Below are positions 1-9,024 of a stretch of 54,272 nt of DNA, piece after piece (positions within the stretch are counted from its first letter, which is position 1; each line of letters begins with the position of its first letter). The position numbers were made by a program, and so were the translations under genes. This DNA comes from Nitrososphaerales archaeon (lineage in GTDB: Archaea; Thermoproteota; Nitrososphaeria; Nitrososphaerales; UBA213). The stretch is from contig JBHICH010000006.1 of NCBI GenBank assembly GCA_046759465.1, positions 1-54,272 on the forward strand, in the 5' to 3' direction. The notes beneath the pieces are model-generated. The model had not been told where the DNA came from. It did not search any database and worked only from the letters and a program-made list of their open reading frames with translations.

Positions 1-999
1 AAGAAAGATTCTAAATCCCAAGCATCAAAGGGCAAGCAAAGTTCTGAAGACAAAGGTGATGGAAAAAACTCAGAGGGTCAACAGCAAAGCTCAGAAAAGC
101 AATCCAAATCCGATACGAGTAAAGGGAAAGTATCCAAGTCCCAATCGTCAAAGGGCAAGCAAAGTTCTGAAGACAAAGATAATGGAAAAGGTCAAGCAAA
201 GTCGTCAAATACGCAAGACAAGGGAAAGGCAAAAGATAATGGAAAACATTCACATAGTCATCAGCAAAGCTCACCAGAGCAGATTGTAGATGGTGAAGAA
301 CAGTGCTGTTGTTATTGGTTCATTGATGTAACTACTGACAGAGAGGCATACACTTTAGGCGATACAGTTACCCTATCTGGCAGAGTGTCCCCAATCAACG
401 TGAAAGAACAGGTTGTTATCCAAGTCTTCAATCCAAAGAACGAAGCATACAGATTTGCGCAGATATCAATTGACAATGATGGTTCCTTCTCATACAACTT
501 TCCAATTGGAGGCAGGCTTGCTATAGATGGAATATACTCTGTAAGGGTTACATACATAGGTGTACAGGAAACGATAACATTCAACGTAGAGTCCGCATAT
601 CTACTTGCATCAATAGAAAGGGCAACCTTATCGGCACTAGTAGTTCTGGACCAAACGGGAAGCGCAACAGAGACTGCTGGTATAGGAGAGCAGCTTACAA
701 TACAGTCGGAGGTAACTAATAATCAAAACATAATACAGTCATTTGCATACATAGTCCAGATCAAGGATTCGAATGATTTGACGGTAAAGATTTCATGGAT
801 GACTGGAGAGCTTGAACCAAACCAATCACTGCAGGTAGGAATATCATGGGTACCTGACTCGGCTGGAGACTTTACAGTAGAAGTGTTTGTGTGGGAGAGC
901 ATAGATACGCCTGTACCTTTATCACCAGTACACACGACAAGTTTGAATGTAACCGACTTTTTCGAAGGCGATGATAGAGTGGGTTTAGGGGATTTCTGA
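1..999 (+). CDS. 5'-truncated surface/secreted protein: K/S/Q/D/G-rich low-complexity region, CCC motif, then Ig-like thaumarchaeal surface domains
   Basis: Frame 1 is open from base 1 (KKDSKSQASKGKQSSEDK...EEQCCCYWFIDVTTDREAY...) into the listed 385..999 ORF. The C-terminal part (YIVQIKD...WVP...VFVWESIDTPVPLSP) is paralogous to 49096..49845. Confidence 0.8.
   Translation, partial: KKDSKSQASKGKQSSEDKGDGKNSEGQQQSSEKQSKSDTSKGKVSKSQSSKGKQSSEDKDNGKGQAKSSNTQDKGKAKDNGKHSHSHQQSSPEQIVDGEEQCCCYWFIDVTTDREAYTLGDTVTLSGRVSPINVKEQVVIQVFNPKNEAYRFAQISIDNDGSFSYNFPIGGRLAIDGIYSVRVTYIGVQETITFNVESAYLLASIERATLSALVVLDQTGSATETAGIGEQLTIQSEVTNNQNIIQSFAYIVQIKDSNDLTVKISWMTGELEPNQSLQVGISWVPDSAGDFTVEVFVWESIDTPVPLSPVHTTSLNVTDFFEGDDRVGLGDF
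13..189 (+). repeat. Imperfect 54-bp direct repeat (13-66 and 136-189), in frame, period 123 bp
   Basis: aaatcccaagcatcaaagggcaagcaaagttctgaagacaaaggtgatggaaaa vs aagtcccaatcgtcaaagggcaagcaaagttctgaagacaaagataatggaaaa. Confidence 0.9.
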
Positions 1000-1037
1000 G
1001 CTAGAAAAGTAAATGTAAAAAATTAGGTAGGGATTAT

Positions 1038-1057
1038 GAAGCCATCTCGATGGCTTC
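1038..1057. promoter_or_regulatory. Perfect 9-bp inverted repeat (hairpin or operator)
   Basis: GAAGCCATC-TC-GATGGCTTC in the intergenic space; function not determined. Confidence 0.4.
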
Positions 1058-1130
1058 TGCCATGATGTTATTACTAGTCTTTTGTTATGAATAATTACTT
1101 ATACTCGAAATAAACTATAGTTTGCTTGCC

Positions 1131-1460
1131 ATGGTTGACTGTCCTACATGCAAAAAACATGTAAATTATGTGTATCTTAGAATAGATGAGCCCAAATGTG
1201 AAGATGAACATCCGCTTGGCAGATGGGTTATGTGCAAGGGATCGAATGGCAGTCACATATTTTTGAGCAGAGATGCAAATGAGACATGTCCAGTATGTGG
1301 TGATAAAAATAAGAGCGATGCACCAAAAGGAGTCAAAGTAAAGTGTTTGAAGCAATATCCAGAAGAGCAGATATGTCCAACGCCGGAATACACATGGTTG
1401 GTGGACGGACCTCCATGCTATCTTAATCACATAGATATCATATTGGTAAAAAGTGGGTGA
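1131..1460 (+). CDS. Cys/His-rich protein, probably three zinc sites
   Basis: 9 Cys: CPTC..CEDEH; C..H..CPVC; C..C..CYLNH. ATG at 1131 preferred over TTG at 1122. Confidence 0.75.
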   Translation: MVDCPTCKKHVNYVYLRIDEPKCEDEHPLGRWVMCKGSNGSHIFLSRDANETCPVCGDKNKSDAPKGVKVKCLKQYPEEQICPTPEYTWLVDGPPCYLNHIDIILVKSG

Positions 1461-1461
1461 T

Positions 1462-1581
1462 ATGGTACTGCTGACATGTGTTAACTGCATGAAGAAGACA
1501 GAACATGAAGAAACAGAACCGAGTTTCTGGAAGTGTAAAGAGTGCGGGTTAGAGGCATGGAGAACTTCAGAAGAAGAATAA
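1462..1581 (+). CDS. 39-aa zinc-ribbon microprotein (not in ORF track)
   Basis: MVLLTCVNCMKKTEHEETEPSFWKCKECGLEAWRTSEEE*; ATG 1 nt after the upstream stop; GGTGA just upstream. Confidence 0.7.
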   Translation: MVLLTCVNCMKKTEHEETEPSFWKCKECGLEAWRTSEEE

Positions 1582-1618
1582 CTAGATTTTTATTCAGGAC
1601 AGAAGAGTTGTCATTTGC

Positions 1619-2002
1619 ATGAATGCTAAAGCAGTTGTGCTGACTATTGACATTGCAAATGAACAGGATATGATGACAATTATCATACAACCATCAAAGC
1701 GTGAATCTGAAAAAATTTCTGTCTGGTTAAAGGACTACAAGTTTGGGGATGTAAGTCTTGACGAAGTTATCAAGGTTGTTCTTCAGCAAGTTTCAACTGC
1801 ATTGAAGAATGCTGGTTACGAAGTAAAGAAGAGAATGCCTAAAATTGGGGATGGTGTTACATTCACAAAATCGGTAGCGGATGTTTTAGCTGGAGATAAG
1901 GGTACCATTGTTGCTATAGAATCAGACAGACCTTATCCATACATGGTAAGGGTCAAAAATACTGAAATATTTGCCAAGCTGGATGATTTCGACTTGCTCT
2001 AA
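1619..2002 (+). CDS. Hypothetical protein with C-terminal KOW/SH3-like beta barrel
   Basis: KIGDGV...GDKGTIVAI...YMVRV pattern. Confidence 0.6.
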   Translation: MNAKAVVLTIDIANEQDMMTIIIQPSKRESEKISVWLKDYKFGDVSLDEVIKVVLQQVSTALKNAGYEVKKRMPKIGDGVTFTKSVADVLAGDKGTIVAIESDRPYPYMVRVKNTEIFAKLDDFDLL

Positions 2003-2053
2003 AAATCATTGATCTCCACTAGGCTATTTCGTAAACTCGTTTAAGAATTTTAG

Positions 2054-2171
2054 TGCGGGAGGTGGGATTCGAACCCACGAACTCCTGAGAGACGAGGTTT
2101 CTTCGCCAAAGCATCTGAGCCTTGCGTCATACAATGATCTCGCGCCTTTGGCCATGCTTGGCAACCCCCGC
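2054..2171 (-). tRNA. tRNA-Leu(CAG) with two introns (approx. 2121-2138 at position 30/31; 2099-2113 at 37/38)
   Basis: Acceptor GCGGGGG/CTCCCGC-A, T arm GTGGG-TTCGAAT-CCCAC, long variable arm. Removing 18+15 nt restores CGAGG-CT-CAG-AA-CCTCG (85-nt mature). Confidence 0.85.
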
Positions 2172-2206
2172 AACGCTACATGCTTTAATCTTCTAGCATA
2201 ATAGCA

Positions 2207-2788
2207 TTATCCTGAATCAGAATCAAGAAAGTTTTGCAATTTATATTGCAAATATAAAATTACATTTACAGCTTCTGCAAGTTTCTTTATCCTGATGATC
2301 TTAGAATCACTAATGGATTTGTTCCATGGTTGATCGTAAAGGAGTGCATTCTTGCCTTTAGCGGCTATTCTAATAACGTTATGTGGTGAATCGTCTATGA
2401 AGATATCATATCCAAGATCTGCTTTATCTCTACCGTCAGGGACTGTAACGTAATCATCATACTTTATGTCGTTGTGCTCAAGCCATTGCGTCACATATTC
2501 GCTAGTAGCTTCTTCTCTAGCAGTAACAATGTCTACCTTGCCAACAGAACGTAGGGTTTCTACTGCATTTGCAATACCTTGCTCCATGGCTGGCACTTCT
2601 TTCCATCGTGACCAGCATTTTGATAGTTCTTGATAAAAACTGTATTTGTTCAAGCCGAGATCCTTCCAGAAGTCCCAGTGTACAATATCATTCTTGTTTA
2701 CTGATTTTTTATGTGTGCGATTATAATCATCAACCCATACAAGTATTATATCAGCTAAAACGCCATCGACATCTAAAGCTATCTTCAT
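2207..2788 (-). CDS. HAD-superfamily 5'(3')-deoxyribonucleotidase-like phosphatase (NT5C type)
   Basis: DVDGVLAD motif I, VTAR motif II, IFIDDSPHN motif IV. Confidence 0.85.
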   Translation of the reverse strand: MKIALDVDGVLADIILVWVDDYNRTHKKSVNKNDIVHWDFWKDLGLNKYSFYQELSKCWSRWKEVPAMEQGIANAVETLRSVGKVDIVTAREEATSEYVTQWLEHNDIKYDDYVTVPDGRDKADLGYDIFIDDSPHNVIRIAAKGKNALLYDQPWNKSISDSKIIRIKKLAEAVNVILYLQYKLQNFLDSDSG

Positions 2789-2822
2789 TGTCTATACCGT
2801 GCCATTGAACCTATTTAGAAAT

Positions 2823-3407
2823 TTACTCAACTTCTATTGACACACCAGATGGTTTCTTGCCCTTTCTCTTGAAAGTTATTTCCAGTATGCCGTTTTTGTA
2901 CGTCGATTTTGCACTGGCCGGATCAACTTCATCGGGCAACTCTGTCTCCTTCCGATACTTTCTCTCTGAAGTATCCGCCTGTATTACGACATTATTCTCG
3001 GTAGCGCTAACCTTGATGTCTTCCTTCTTAACACCCGGAAGCTCTACAATAACTTTGATCTCATCGGCGGAGCTCATTACATCAACTAACGGTTCCCTTT
3101 CATCCTTCAACGCAAATCTGCTCCCCGGTGCAAGCGAAGGCTTTACGTTGCCGAACTCCCTTATCACAGGCTCACCATCAGGACCTATAGTTACCGAATA
3201 TCCGTACACAAATGGGCCCCACTCCTTGCGCGTCGTGCCGTCTCCTAATTTCCGCTCTCTAACAAGCTCTTTAGGAACCTTTGCTTCAAACTCTTTCATG
3301 CTCTCTCCGAACATCTTCTCCATCTCCTTCATCATCTCCTCCATTTCGTAGTACCATGGACCTAGAAATGGTCGCATCCTCTTCCTAAACCAGTCATCCC
3401 AAGTCAT
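2823..3407 (-). CDS. hsp20: Small heat shock protein Hsp20
   Basis: alpha-crystallin domain (ELPGVKKEDI...YKNGILEI), archaeal GPFVYGYSVTIGPDG motif. Confidence 0.95.
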   Translation of the reverse strand: MTWDDWFRKRMRPFLGPWYYEMEEMMKEMEKMFGESMKEFEAKVPKELVRERKLGDGTTRKEWGPFVYGYSVTIGPDGEPVIREFGNVKPSLAPGSRFALKDEREPLVDVMSSADEIKVIVELPGVKKEDIKVSATENNVVIQADTSERKYRKETELPDEVDPASAKSTYKNGILEITFKRKGKKPSGVSIEVE

Positions 3408-3457
3408 ATGCGATCAGTTGTAAAACTGAAATAAAATTCTAACTTTTGCCCTTATAA

Positions 3458-4570
3458 CTAATCCAACTCCTTTTCCAGTTCCCTTAGCAGCGCTTTCTGT
3501 CTGTCATTTAACTTTGTAGGCACGTTGGCATTAATTCTAACTAGTTCGTCGCCTCTACCCCGTCCATTGTGTTTTGGAAGGCCCTTGCCCTTCACTGTTA
3601 ATATCGTATTTGGTTGTGTGCCTTGAGGAACCTTTATTGACGAGTAGCCCTCAATTGTCGGCACCTCTATTTCTGTGCCCAAAGCAAGATGCACAAAGTT
3701 AATTTTGAGGTCATAGATCAGATCGCTGTTTGAGCGCTGGAAGAGTTCATGAGGTTTGATATTGATACGGACATAAAGATCTCCGCTTGGACCTCCATCG
3801 ATGGCTTCGCCCTCGCCAGCAATTCTTATCACGCTTCCATCTTCTGCTCCAGCGGGTATGCTCACCCGTATCTTCTTTGGGATCCTGACCTGTCCTCGAC
3901 CCTGGCAAACGTTGCATGGTTTCTCTATTATACTTCCCCTGCCCTGGCATGTTCTGCAGGGTTCGATTGTAACGAATGTCCTGAACTTAGATTGCTCTAA
4001 TACACGCTTTACCTGTCCCTGACCGTTGCATATGCTACACACCCTTGGCTTCGTGCCAGGCATTGCTCGTGAACCGTTACAGTTATCACACCTGCCAATT
4101 TTTGAAACTTCTATCTCCTGCTGTTTACCATGCAAAACATCTTCAAGCGTTATAGTTGCATCATAACCTATATCCTCGCCCTTCCTTGTCCTTGCAAAAC
4201 CAAATCCCCCAAATGGTTCCCTGCCAAAGAATACATCAAATATGTTCCTGAACCCACCAGAACCAGCAAAATCGAATCCCAGATCCTTGAAGATCTCCTC
4301 AAAGTTGAACTCTGCTCCGCTGAATAGATCCTCTGCAGTGTATCTGCCAGTAATACCTTCACGCCCATACCTGTCATAGATCTGCCTCTTTTCATCATCA
4401 GACAATACGGCATACGCTTCGGAAATCTTCTTGAACTTTTCTTCAGCATCAGAAGATTTGTTTCTGTCAGGATGATACTTCAGTGCCAACTTTCTGTAAG
4501 CCTGCTTGATCTCATCCTTGCCAGAATTCTTCGATACTCCAAGAATATCGTAATAATCGTGGTTGTTCAT
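3458..4570 (-). CDS. dnaJ: Chaperone DnaJ
   Basis: J domain with HPD, G/F region, four CxxCxGxG-type repeats. Confidence 0.98.
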   Translation of the reverse strand: MNNHDYYDILGVSKNSGKDEIKQAYRKLALKYHPDRNKSSDAEEKFKKISEAYAVLSDDEKRQIYDRYGREGITGRYTAEDLFSGAEFNFEEIFKDLGFDFAGSGGFRNIFDVFFGREPFGGFGFARTRKGEDIGYDATITLEDVLHGKQQEIEVSKIGRCDNCNGSRAMPGTKPRVCSICNGQGQVKRVLEQSKFRTFVTIEPCRTCQGRGSIIEKPCNVCQGRGQVRIPKKIRVSIPAGAEDGSVIRIAGEGEAIDGGPSGDLYVRINIKPHELFQRSNSDLIYDLKINFVHLALGTEIEVPTIEGYSSIKVPQGTQPNTILTVKGKGLPKHNGRGRGDELVRINANVPTKLNDRQKALLRELEKELD

Positions 4571-6399
4571 TGTTGTCCCTGCTTATCCTGCTCTGAGCTC
4601 TGCTCCTGTCCAGGCTGACCCGGGTGAGAAGTTGGCGAAGCTGCTGCTCTATAAACTTGGGCACTTACTTCGCCAAGAATGTTCTTCAGCTCATCTACCT
4701 TTGTTTTCATCAGTGCAGAATCCTTGCCTGCAAGAGCTTCCTTCAAAGAAGCTGCAGCTTTGTTTATTTTATCTGTCTGCTCGCTCGTTATCTTGTCCTT
4801 AAGATCCTGCTTGACCAATTTATCAGAAGCATAAATTAGATTGTCAGCTTCGTTTCTTAGTTCCGCTTCTTGCTTCTTCTTTCTGTCCTGCTCTGCAAAC
4901 TGCTCTGACTCTTTCTTCAGCTTCTCTATTTCTTCGTTCGAGAGTTTTGTTGTCGCTGTTATACTAATGCCCTGCTGCTTGCCAGTTGCAAGATCTTTTG
5001 CATTAACGTTCAATATGCCATTTGCGTCTATATCAAACATAACTTCGATCTGAGGTACTCCTCTAGGTGCAGGGGGTATGCCATCCAGGTTGAACATTCC
5101 GAGAGAAACGTTGTCCGCAGCCATCGGTCTCTCCCCCTGGACAATGTGTATCGTTACTGCTGTTTGATAGTCAGATGCCGTTGTGAAGATCTTGTTCTTC
5201 TTTGTTGGGATTGTTGTATTGCGCTCTATCAATGGTTCCCTCATACCGGCAAGAACCTCTACGCCAAGAGTTAATGGTGTAACATCTAGTAACACGATGT
5301 CCTTTGCGACTTCGCCAGAAATTACGGCGCCCTGAATAGCTGCGCCTATAGCAACTGCCTCCATTGGATCTACTCCTCTTTCCGGTTCCTTGCCCATCAG
5401 GTCATAGACGAACTGTCTTACCATTGGCATCCTTGTCGGTCCTCCGATCAGTATTATCTTGTCAATATCCTGTGGTCGCAACTTTGCATCCGATAATGCT
5501 TGCAACGTAGATGCCCTGCAACGCTCAACTATAGGCCTTACGAGCTCCTCGAGCTTTGCCCTTGTTAAAGTCATGGTAAGGTTCTTTGGGGTATTTGTTG
5601 CTTGGTCATACGCAATGAATGGGAGGTTGATCTCTGTAGTTACCAAGGAGGATAATTCGATCTTTGCCTTTTCCACAGCTTCCCTGATCCTGGTAATAGC
5701 AGTTTTGTCATTCCTAAGATTTATTGCCGCATCTTCCCTGAACCTGTCAAGAACATAATCAACAAGAGCGTTATCCATATCCGTACCTCCCAGCTGTGTA
5801 TCTCCAGAAGTGCTCTTGACTTCGAACACACCACCGCCCATCTCCATTATCGTAACATCGAGTGTGCCTCCTCCAAAGTCGAAGACCATTATCTTGAGCT
5901 CCTTCTCTGCCCTATCAAGTCCGTAAGCAAGTGAAGCTGCAGTTGGTTCATTTATTATCCTGACGACATCCAAACCAGCAATGGTACCCGCATCCTTGGT
6001 CGACTGTCTTTGATTGTCATTGAAGTATGCTGGCACGGTTATTACGGCCTTATCGATCCTTTCTCCTAGAAATGCCTCGGTATCCCTCTTTATCTTCTGC
6101 AAGAGGAATGCAGATATCTGCTGTGGTGTGTATTCCTTACCGAAGATGCTGTATTTTAAATCAGTTCCCATCTTGCGCTTCGCTGAAATTATTGTGCCTT
6201 CAGGATTTGTTACCATCTGCCTCCTTGCTGGTTCACCAACTATCAACTGACCATCTTTCGTAAAGGCCACAAATGACGGAAATGCCTTGCCAGCTGCGGT
6301 AGTGCCTTCCGCTGCCGGTACAACAGCTGGCTTTCCACCTATCATTACAGCTGCGGCTGAGTTGCTCGTACCAAGATCAATGCCTACTATTTTAGTCAT
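4567..6399 (-). CDS. dnaK: Chaperone DnaK (Hsp70)
   Basis: [33 protein letters not shown] motifs. Confidence 0.99.
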   Translation of the reverse strand: MTKIVGIDLGTSNSAAAVMIGGKPAVVPAAEGTTAAGKAFPSFVAFTKDGQLIVGEPARRQMVTNPEGTIISAKRKMGTDLKYSIFGKEYTPQQISAFLLQKIKRDTEAFLGERIDKAVITVPAYFNDNQRQSTKDAGTIAGLDVVRIINEPTAASLAYGLDRAEKELKIMVFDFGGGTLDVTIMEMGGGVFEVKSTSGDTQLGGTDMDNALVDYVLDRFREDAAINLRNDKTAITRIREAVEKAKIELSSLVTTEINLPFIAYDQATNTPKNLTMTLTRAKLEELVRPIVERCRASTLQALSDAKLRPQDIDKIILIGGPTRMPMVRQFVYDLMGKEPERGVDPMEAVAIGAAIQGAVISGEVAKDIVLLDVTPLTLGVEVLAGMREPLIERNTTIPTKKNKIFTTASDYQTAVTIHIVQGERPMAADNVSLGMFNLDGIPPAPRGVPQIEVMFDIDANGILNVNAKDLATGKQQGISITATTKLSNEEIEKLKKESEQFAEQDRKKKQEAELRNEADNLIYASDKLVKQDLKDKITSEQTDKINKAAASLKEALAGKDSALMKTKVDELKNILGEVSAQVYRAAASPTSHPGQPGQEQSSEQDKQGQQ

Positions 6400-6404
6400 C
6401 CTCG

Positions 6405-6938
6405 TCAGCCTCCTTTAGTTTTAGCATCAGGTTTTTTTGAAACTTCGACTAAACTGGTTCTTATTACCCTGTTGCTCAACATATATCCCTTCCTAATCTC
6501 TGCTGTCACAGTGTTTTCTGGTAGCTCCATGCTATCAACAAATGATAGAGCCTCATGAAAGTTAGGATCAAAAGATTTGCCAACAGCATTTATTTCCACA
6601 ATACCTTCTTCATTTAGAATGCTATCGAGATTCTTTAAAACGCCTTCAAGACCACTGATTGTGCCTGGGTTATCGCTCATTTTTGCAATTTCAATCGCTC
6701 TCATGTAATCATCGCGGAGATCAAGTAACTTTATCAGAAACTTTTCTACTTCAAGCTTAACTCTAATTTCTGCTTCCTTGTCTAATCGCTTTCTATAATT
6801 ATCGTAATCTGCAAGCAGATACTTGTACTTTTTAATGTGCTCTTCTGCTCTTTCCTGTTCCTTCTTCAATTCTTCTTTTAATTTATTCAGCTCATCAAGT
6901 TTAGCGTTACCCTGATTGGTTTCCCGCAACCTAACCAC
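6405..6938 (-). CDS. grpE: Nucleotide exchange factor GrpE
   Basis: [24 protein letters not shown] motifs; directly upstream of dnaK. Confidence 0.95.
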   Translation of the reverse strand: MVRLRETNQGNAKLDELNKLKEELKKEQERAEEHIKKYKYLLADYDNYRKRLDKEAEIRVKLEVEKFLIKLLDLRDDYMRAIEIAKMSDNPGTISGLEGVLKNLDSILNEEGIVEINAVGKSFDPNFHEALSFVDSMELPENTVTAEIRKGYMLSNRVIRTSLVEVSKKPDAKTKGG

Positions 6939-7005
6939 TCCATGTGATTAAATCTAATATAATATAACCAGTTTTGCTATATGCTATAAGCTTATCCCCA
7001 AAAAA

Positions 7006-8145
7006 TTACGTAACTTCACATAAGGGATTTGCCTTTAGCACTATCATATCAGACTTTGGTCCGCTCTTGGTAATGGCCTCATAATCGTGCTTTGAGCATG
7101 CAATAGTAATCGTAGTCTTGTCGCTGTGGTAAAGATCGAATGTTTCGCCTTGATGCCTTTCTACATCGCCAATGTAGTCTTTTAACTTGGATTCGAGCGT
7201 TGAAAGTAGGTCAAGTTTGTCTCCCCGCATTTCATTATTATCAAGTGTCCATGCAATGGCAACTCTGGTTCGGCTTGCCTTCAGTTCGTTCTTCTTTAAC
7301 ACTTCCCTTATCTGATCTATCAGATGCTTGATGTAACCTTCCATGCCCTTTATGCTTCCGTTTACTAGATACATCAACGGACCTGCACCTTCCAAGGAAG
7401 ATGCTATTGCACGCAAATCAAACAATCCATTTGTAATATCGTCAACGTATAGTTCCCTGAATTCTTCCTGAGCAAGTTCGGCCTTTGCATTTGGTTTGTG
7501 AATATACTTGCACATCTCAAATATGCTGGAAATGGAAGAGTAGTGCGATAACACATGTATCGCATGAGTAAACTCTGCCGAGTCCAGATCAACAAACTGT
7601 AGTTTTCCTTCTTCTGGATCATGTAGAAATTTTGCCATTTTGCTATCTGACTTGGACTTGAAGGAACCTACTATGGGGTTCTTGAACTTCTCGGGGCCAA
7701 TAGGCATATAGTAATAGTTAAGATCGATTCCAACTGTAAGACCTGTTACATGTTCTACCAGGGCTATGTTGTCATTGTTGCCTCCCATTCCAGTAGAAAG
7801 ATTGTATACTATCGATGCTCCCTTCTTCAACGCTTTAATTGCATCCTTAAACTTGGTTGAAATATCGCTTTTTACTTCCTGCCCAGTCTTCCTTACCCGA
7901 GGTGCAAAGAATAGGTAGTTTGCATTTCTAACTGCAATATCTTCAGGCTCGAGACCCAGCAGTGGCTCATCCTCGATAAGCGTACTCACATTTGGGTATG
8001 TCCTTGCGATCTCAGGTCTTAATGTTATTGCCATTCTCTGTGACTCGTCTACTATTGAAACGCTAACATTCTTCACGGCAATTGTAGATGCGATTGCATA
8101 ACCCTCGGTGCTCATTCCATAAACAACTGCTCTCACATCAGTCAA
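7006..8145 (-). CDS. Degenerate UDP-sugar (UDP-glucose/ManNAc) dehydrogenase-like protein
   Basis: N-terminal Rossmann-like VVYGMSTEGYAIA and overall UDPG-DH-like layout, no catalytic GGxC. TTG at 8145 is the likely start. Confidence 0.55.
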   Translation of the reverse strand: MTDVRAVVYGMSTEGYAIASTIAVKNVSVSIVDESQRMAITLRPEIARTYPNVSTLIEDEPLLGLEPEDIAVRNANYLFFAPRVRKTGQEVKSDISTKFKDAIKALKKGASIVYNLSTGMGGNNDNIALVEHVTGLTVGIDLNYYYMPIGPEKFKNPIVGSFKSKSDSKMAKFLHDPEEGKLQFVDLDSAEFTHAIHVLSHYSSISSIFEMCKYIHKPNAKAELAQEEFRELYVDDITNGLFDLRAIASSLEGAGPLMYLVNGSIKGMEGYIKHLIDQIREVLKKNELKASRTRVAIAWTLDNNEMRGDKLDLLSTLESKLKDYIGDVERHQGETFDLYHSDKTTITIACSKHDYEAITKSGPKSDMIVLKANPLCEVT

Positions 8146-8320
8146 ATCTGATTTTATTAAAACATAGAGAAGAAAAAGCTTTTCCATACCTCTAATAATC
8201 AAGTTTTAAGAACAAAATCCATATGGTAACGCTAAATTCTATAAAACAAGTTCGTCCAAAGCTAGAATGTGTTATTGTGATCTTAAATTAATAAGTAGGA
8301 ATTTTGTGCATAACGCTTGT

Positions 8321-8433
8321 AGCCCGGTGGTGTAGAAATTGGATGAATTGCACAACGGTCAAGCAAGGTCACTCTGACCCTTGAATAGGGGCCTTTGGAG
8401 CCCTTGACGGCAGTTCGAATCTGCCCCGGGCTA
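8321..8433 (+). tRNA. tRNA-Gln(TTG) with two non-canonical introns (8336-8355 at 15/16; 8366-8385 at 24/25)
   Basis: Acceptor AGCCCGG/CCGGGCT-A, anticodon arm GGGGC-CT-TTG-GA-GCCCT, T arm GGCAG-TTCGAAT-CTGCC. Both 20-nt inserts form BHB motifs; 73-nt mature. Confidence 0.92.
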
Positions 8434-8637
8434 CACAACTCATATTAGGAGATCTAAAATTGTATCTGTGTAAGAGTTCTTATTGAAACTTACACTTTGA
8501 ACGTTGCGTACTTGCATTGGTTAAAATCTGGTCGTCGGGGATCAATAGTAAATATTACTTTGTAGATCCGATTTTGTGAATAAAGCTAAAAAATCTATTT
8601 TTTAAGTGCAAATATTGAATATATTATAACTCACTTC

Positions 8638-8859
8638 TTACACTTCTATCAATTGATCCTTGTGGTGCTTTATCATTTCTTTCACCTTCTGATTGGAAAT
8701 GAATAGGTCGGCTTCTGTCTGCCTGTAGATGCTAATATTGCACCGTAAACACGTCCAGACTTCATATAACCCTATAAGATATCCGTAGCTACCCTTGTTG
8801 GCTATCTTCGTCTTACCATCAGGGTACATCTGATGCCCTTTACCACAGATAATGCGCAT
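8638..8859 (-). CDS. Small zinc-ribbon protein
   Basis: CGKGH ... CLRC ligands; start uncertain. Confidence 0.55.
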   Translation of the reverse strand: MRIICGKGHQMYPDGKTKIANKGSYGYLIGLYEVWTCLRCNISIYRQTEADLFISNQKVKEMIKHHKDQLIEV

Positions 8860-9024
8860 GTAAACTAGCATGTCAATGAGCAATTTATAAGAGAAGATCT
8901 AGATTTTTGCACCTTTTCATGTATTTAGCTTTGCAAGCATGAAGTAGCGATAAAGAACATTACTGTAATTGCATAGAATTAATTTAGCAGAGTGCAAAAT
9001 TAATTAGTGCTAATGTTCTGACCA

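Noticed and set aside
11-584. Listed ORFs 11..274(-), 56..289(+), 312..584(-)
   Set aside because: Alternative-frame or antisense shadows of the frame-1 gene that is open from base 1.
2054-8433. att-type duplication of the tRNA-Leu or tRNA-Gln 3' end within the window
   Set aside because: No second copy found by eye, so tRNA-targeted integration is unproven.
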